Assembly (NCBI GenBank): GCA_964395025.1
Contig: CAYMZP010000003.1
Location: 1 to 43,558, forward strand
DNA: 43,558 bases
Direction of reading: 5' to 3'
Source: an uncultured Candidatus Saccharibacteria bacterium
GTDB taxonomy: Bacteria > Patescibacteriota > Minisyncoccia > Phycocordibacterales > Phycocordibacteraceae
Shown: positions 40,205 through 43,558 of the stretch, one piece after another
How the letters are laid out: each line of letters begins with the position of its first letter
Position numbering within the stretch: position 1 is the stretch's first letter
Position numbers and translations under genes: made by a program
The notes under the pieces: generated by a model
The model's database searches: none
The model's input: the letters and a program-made list of their open reading frames with translations, nothing else
What the model was told of the DNA's origin: nothing

Positions 40205-41101
40205 TTAAGGCGTAGGAGCAAGTTTCTTACTATAGAGGGTAAATAGTGCCGTAATGCCCCGTAAGTTTCGCTCCCACTCAATAGCGGTGTGGGAAGAGAG
40301 CTCCACGGTGACCGCAGGTATGCCGATAGAAGCAAGCCATCCTTCTATATCTCCGGTAACTGGGTACGCGGTAAAGCTTGAAACAGCGTTATAGCCTGCT
40401 GCGTTTGCGTACGTACTCATCACAGACAGAGTCTCTGGTAGGATTCCCGCTTCACATTCTGAAGCATAGACTGCGTTTGCTTGGCTATGGAAGAACACAG
40501 AGGCAACGGGTTTTTCTTTGATAAAGAAGTCGCGGAGCGCTTGTGCCTCTGGTTCAGAGAAGGTATTGGTACCCGCAGAGACTTTGTTTCCTCTCCAAGT
40601 AGCCTCCGCCTGCCATTTGCATGCGAAGTTTCTGTTGAGGTCTACACCGTTTGCGTTGAACCTTCCAGAAGAATGGTCTCCTGCCGGCACATCCGTAACA
40701 GTAAACCTCCCCTCTTTTCCTATGACGCGGTATGTACCGTCCGGATTAGCGTCTGGAATCACAACTACAGAGAGGTTAGCGGGAATCCGAGAAGAGTCTT
40801 CTTCTAGGTAGTCCATGAGCTCGTATGCAAGGAGGACACTGTTCCACTCGTATCCGCCATGTATGCCACCCACAAACACGAGTGTTGTATCGCCAGTGCC
40901 GTATGTATGTGCTGTTATAGGTCTTCCCTCTACTGAATTACCAATAACGACACCTGCGGTTTCTTCTTCCAGTTCGGGTGCAGGCAGTTCGGGCGTTTCT
41001 GGAGTTGCTCCACGTAAGAAGAAAACACCAACGCCCACCAAAAGGGCGGTGAGCGCGATGACGAGTCCGACAATCCGTACCAGAGGAGATTTCGGAAACA
41101 T
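40205..41101 (-). CDS. Membrane-anchored M14 family zinc carboxypeptidase-like protein (copy 1)
   Basis: N-terminal TM. GGIHGGYEWNS (HxxE), DANPDG, GRFNANGVDLNRNFACKW and FFHSQ (third Zn ligand region). Confidence 0.8.
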   Translation of the reverse strand: MFPKSPLVRIVGLVIALTALLVGVGVFFLRGATPETPELPAPELEEETAGVVIGNSVEGRPITAHTYGTGDTTLVFVGGIHGGYEWNSVLLAYELMDYLEEDSSRIPANLSVVVIPDANPDGTYRVIGKEGRFTVTDVPAGDHSSGRFNANGVDLNRNFACKWQAEATWRGNKVSAGTNTFSEPEAQALRDFFIKEKPVASVFFHSQANAVYASECEAGILPETLSVMSTYANAAGYNAVSSFTAYPVTGDIEGWLASIGIPAVTVELSSHTAIEWERNLRGITALFTLYSKKLAPTP

Positions 41102-41104
41102 TCT

Positions 41105-42061
41105 TTACGGTTGAGGATTTATATCGCGAGAGACGTAGGTCATTACTGACTCCATGCCACGCTGGTTTTTCGTCCATTCAGGGTCGGTATGGTTGGTGAG
41201 GAGCACACTAATCGCAGGCACTCCGAGAGATGCAACCCAATTGGCCATGTCGCCATTGATTTCGTAATACGCGAACTTGTCGTACGGGGTATATCCTGCT
41301 GCTTTTGCGTACTCGTTTGTCATGTCACGCGTTTGCTTCAAGACCGGCATACCTCCACAGAGAGACCCGAATACTTCCCCTGCAGCGCTGTAGTAGATAA
41401 CAACTGCCTGTGGCTTCACCCGTTCAATGTAGTTTTGAAGCGCAGCACTCTCGGGCTCTGAGAATGGCTCATCGCCTCCTGACACTTGGCGGTTTTGCCA
41501 CATACCCGTTGCACTCCACTCACAAGCGAAGTTGCGGTTGAGGTCTACCCCATTTGCGTTAAAGCGTCCTTCTGAGCGGTTACCAGTCGGGATATCTGCA
41601 CTCGTAAATGTGCCAGTGGTCCCTACCACCTTCTTCAAGCCGTCTGGGTTCATAAGAGGGACCACGGTCACACGCACGTTATCTGGGATGGCGTCAGGAG
41701 AAGCATCGAGCCAGCTCATCATGCTTCGTGCGGTGAGAACGGTGTTTGCAGAGTATCCGCCGTGTATACCGCCAATAACGAGCACTTCGCGCTCTCCTTC
41801 CCCATAGTGGTATGCGGTGATAGCTACACCATCCCTTGAGGTGCCAAGGACGGTGCTACTACCGTCTGCAGGAACGGGAGCAGGAGTTGTTGGCGTACTA
41901 GGAACCTGAGGGTGTGACGTTACGGGAGCCCCGTCTTCTGTCGTTGTCGCCATTTCTTCTGAAACGTCGGTCGGCACAGGTTCCTTTGAAAGGAAGAACC
42001 ACGCTAACAGTGCAACTGCTACTAAGATAATAATGCCGAGTACGAGTTTCATGTGCTTCAT
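41105..42061 (-). CDS. Membrane-anchored M14 family zinc carboxypeptidase-like protein (copy 2)
   Basis: ORF 41105..42178; start at MKHMKLVLGIIILVAVALLAWFFL (TAAACT 6 nt upstream). GGIHGGYSANT, LMNPDG, GRFNANGVDLNRNFACEW and IYYSAAG. A paralogue of the adjacent gene. Confidence 0.8.
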   Translation of the reverse strand: MKHMKLVLGIIILVAVALLAWFFLSKEPVPTDVSEEMATTTEDGAPVTSHPQVPSTPTTPAPVPADGSSTVLGTSRDGVAITAYHYGEGEREVLVIGGIHGGYSANTVLTARSMMSWLDASPDAIPDNVRVTVVPLMNPDGLKKVVGTTGTFTSADIPTGNRSEGRFNANGVDLNRNFACEWSATGMWQNRQVSGGDEPFSEPESAALQNYIERVKPQAVVIYYSAAGEVFGSLCGGMPVLKQTRDMTNEYAKAAGYTPYDKFAYYEINGDMANWVASLGVPAISVLLTNHTDPEWTKNQRGMESVMTYVSRDINPQP

Positions 42062-42252
42062 ATGCTCATAGTTTACCACCAGAGCGTTATCCACCAAATA
42101 TATTGTGCGAAGCGTTGCTAGAATGTGTGGAATGGATCCCGTTAGAAATCGCGGACGCATGACGTACAGGGAGTTCATGGTTTTTTTTATTCAACATACT
42201 CGAGTGGGGTACGGCAGTATTCGTATACTGTCCGCGTCCTATTTCTAACGGG

Positions 42253-43167
42253 ATGGATGCGCAAGCAATGAAACGGCAGTTTCTTGAGTATATTGAGCTT
42301 GAACGTGGTCGCTCAGTGAAGACGATTGAAAATTACGATCGCTACCTTTCCCGCTACCTCTCACAGATGGGTATTAAGACGGTCTCGCAGATTACGGAAG
42401 AAAACATTCGTGAGTTTCGCCAGTGGCTCAACCGTCAGCCCGGAGTAAGTGGTGCCATGAAGCGTCGTACGCAGAACTACTACCTCATTGCACTTCGTGC
42501 GTTTCTGAAATTTCTCCGGAAGCGAGAGATAGAGTGCATTTCTCCAGAACGTATTGAGCTTGCGAAACTTCCAGAGCGCTCACTTGATTTAATCTCCTCT
42601 ACTGAGCTTGAGCGTCTGCTACGTTCAGCAAGTGGTACAGATGAGCGGTCGCTTCGCGACCGCGCCATTTTGGAACTCTTTTTCTCTACCGGTCTTCGCG
42701 TTTCGGAGCTTTGCTCACTTGATAACGACCTAGATCTTTCACGCGATGAGTTTTCTGTACGTGGGAAAGGAGAAAAGGTGCGTGTGGTGTTCCTCTCCCC
42801 TTCTGCTAAAGAGGCGGTGCGTGCGTATTTGAAAGTACGCAAAGATATGGAAGACGCGCTTTTTGTGAGTGCCTCGGCTGTAGGTGCAAAGAAAGGAGAT
42901 AAAAAAACACCAACACGCCTCACTCCACGCGCGGTGGAACTTATGATTAAGACGTATGCCGCTAAGGCTGGTATTACGAAGAAAGTAACTCCTCACGTAC
43001 TTCGTCACTCTTTTGCGACTGACCTTTTAAGTAACGGCGCAGACATTCGTTCCGTGCAGGCACTCCTTGGGCACGCTTCAATCAATACAACTCAAATCTA
43101 TACGCACGTCACGGATGCGCACTTGCGCGAAGTGCACAAAAAATTCCACGGAAAAACAAGAACATAA
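42253..43167 (+). CDS. Tyrosine recombinase, XerC/XerD family
   Basis: N-terminal SAM-like domain (YL...RG.S..TI.NY). Catalytic region RDRAILELFFSTGLRVSEL, HVLRHSFATDLLSNGADIRSVQALLGHASINTTQIYTHV. Confidence 0.9.
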   Translation: MDAQAMKRQFLEYIELERGRSVKTIENYDRYLSRYLSQMGIKTVSQITEENIREFRQWLNRQPGVSGAMKRRTQNYYLIALRAFLKFLRKREIECISPERIELAKLPERSLDLISSTELERLLRSASGTDERSLRDRAILELFFSTGLRVSELCSLDNDLDLSRDEFSVRGKGEKVRVVFLSPSAKEAVRAYLKVRKDMEDALFVSASAVGAKKGDKKTPTRLTPRAVELMIKTYAAKAGITKKVTPHVLRHSFATDLLSNGADIRSVQALLGHASINTTQIYTHVTDAHLREVHKKFHGKTRT

Positions 43168-43178
43168 GGACCGTATAT

Positions 43179-43214
43179 CGTAATGCGCCTTGTGTATACA
43201 CAAGGCGCATTACG
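43179..43214. terminator. 36 bp perfect palindrome immediately after the xer gene
   Basis: cgtaatgcgccttgtgta / tacacaaggcgcattacg. Lies between convergent genes (xer stop 43167, small ORF stop 43241). The core is TGTATACA. Confidence 0.65.
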
Positions 43215-43240
43215 ATGTGGGCTAATTGCGAAACGCTTTA

Positions 43241-43393
43241 CTAGTTCTCTGAGTCGCTACGTGACCCTTCAAGGTTGATTTCTATACCACTTCGTTCTTC
43301 AACGGGAGCAGGCTCTGCGTTGGTGAAATACCACACACCAAATCCTACGAGCAGAACAACAATAATAATTAAAAGCGTGTTTGTTGTATTCAT
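43241..43393 (-). CDS. Small single-TM protein (50 aa)
   Basis: ORF 43241..43429. The internal start MNTTNTLLIIIVVLLVGFGVWYFTNAEPAPVEE... has TACTAT 6 nt upstream. Confidence 0.5.
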   Translation of the reverse strand: MNTTNTLLIIIVVLLVGFGVWYFTNAEPAPVEERSGIEINLEGSRSDSEN

Positions 43394-43558
43394 ATGTAGA
43401 TAGTATCTGCTAAGAATTTTATTATTCAATACTTCGAACAGAGCTGCTAACTATGCATAAGCATTGGCACTAGTTCTGACCATGTATGTGCAAAGTGTAG
43501 ATTAGGTATTTCAGGCGCAAATTGATGACGGTTTTCATCAAGACTTTGAAATTGATAG

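Noticed and set aside
43179-43214. The xer-adjacent palindrome as the chromosomal dif site.
   Set aside because: It lies only about 29 kb from dnaA, whereas dif is expected near the terminus. It is also a perfect palindrome in a convergent-gene gap, so a terminator is the simpler reading. I kept it as a lower-interest repeat-family finding, not a dif call.
1-43558. CRISPR arrays, rRNA genes, tRNA genes, IS elements.
   Set aside because: I found no spaced direct repeats, no rRNA-like conserved blocks, no cloverleaf-compatible segments in the intergenic gaps, and no transposase-like ORFs.

Overview
This 43.6 kb window has moderate GC and looks like the chromosomal origin region of a small-genome bacterium. 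My guess is Patescibacteria/CPR (Parcubacteria-like), based on gene content: compact housekeeping genes, many tiny membrane proteins and CPR-style T4SS pilin architecture. I could not confirm this by any search.

Recognisable core genes:
- Left side: GtrA-like (partial), holA-like, polA, tsaE, a PilB/GspE ATPase, ruvB, yebC, ruvC, a class A PBP.
- Origin block: dnaN, dnaA, rpmH, rnpA, yidC.
- Right side: rsmA/ksgA, a CPBP protease, a UvrD/PcrA helicase, a LysM-M23 peptidase, comM/yifB, a DksA/TraR-like protein, a NYN/LabA protein, rpsO, two tandem M14 carboxypeptidase-like genes and a Xer-type tyrosine recombinase.

No rRNA, tRNA, CRISPR array or transposase was seen.

The most interesting locus is a 14.3 kb run of 13 tightly coupled same-strand genes (15715-30013). 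Four carry type IV secretion hallmarks: a VirB4 ATPase, a PrgI/VirB3-like protein, a VirB6/TrbL-like polytopic protein and a VirB2-like pilin hairpin embedded in a Cys-rich protein. It has no coupling protein, relaxase or integrase, and most partners are unclassifiable secreted, membrane or coiled-coil proteins.

Other points worth a second look:
- A roughly 0.6 kb strongly GC-rich secreted-protein gene with its own consensus promoter and terminator (likely foreign).
- A roughly 270 nt highly structured non-coding region between pilB and ruvB.
- A recurring -10-like hexamer 6-8 nt upstream of start codons, suggesting widespread leaderless mRNAs.
- In-frame TAG interruptions in the VirB4 locus and at the head of the M23 peptidase.
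- Related CCTTGT/ACAAGG palindromes.

All coordinates of hairpins and motifs were hand-indexed. All family calls come from motif recognition, not database searches.
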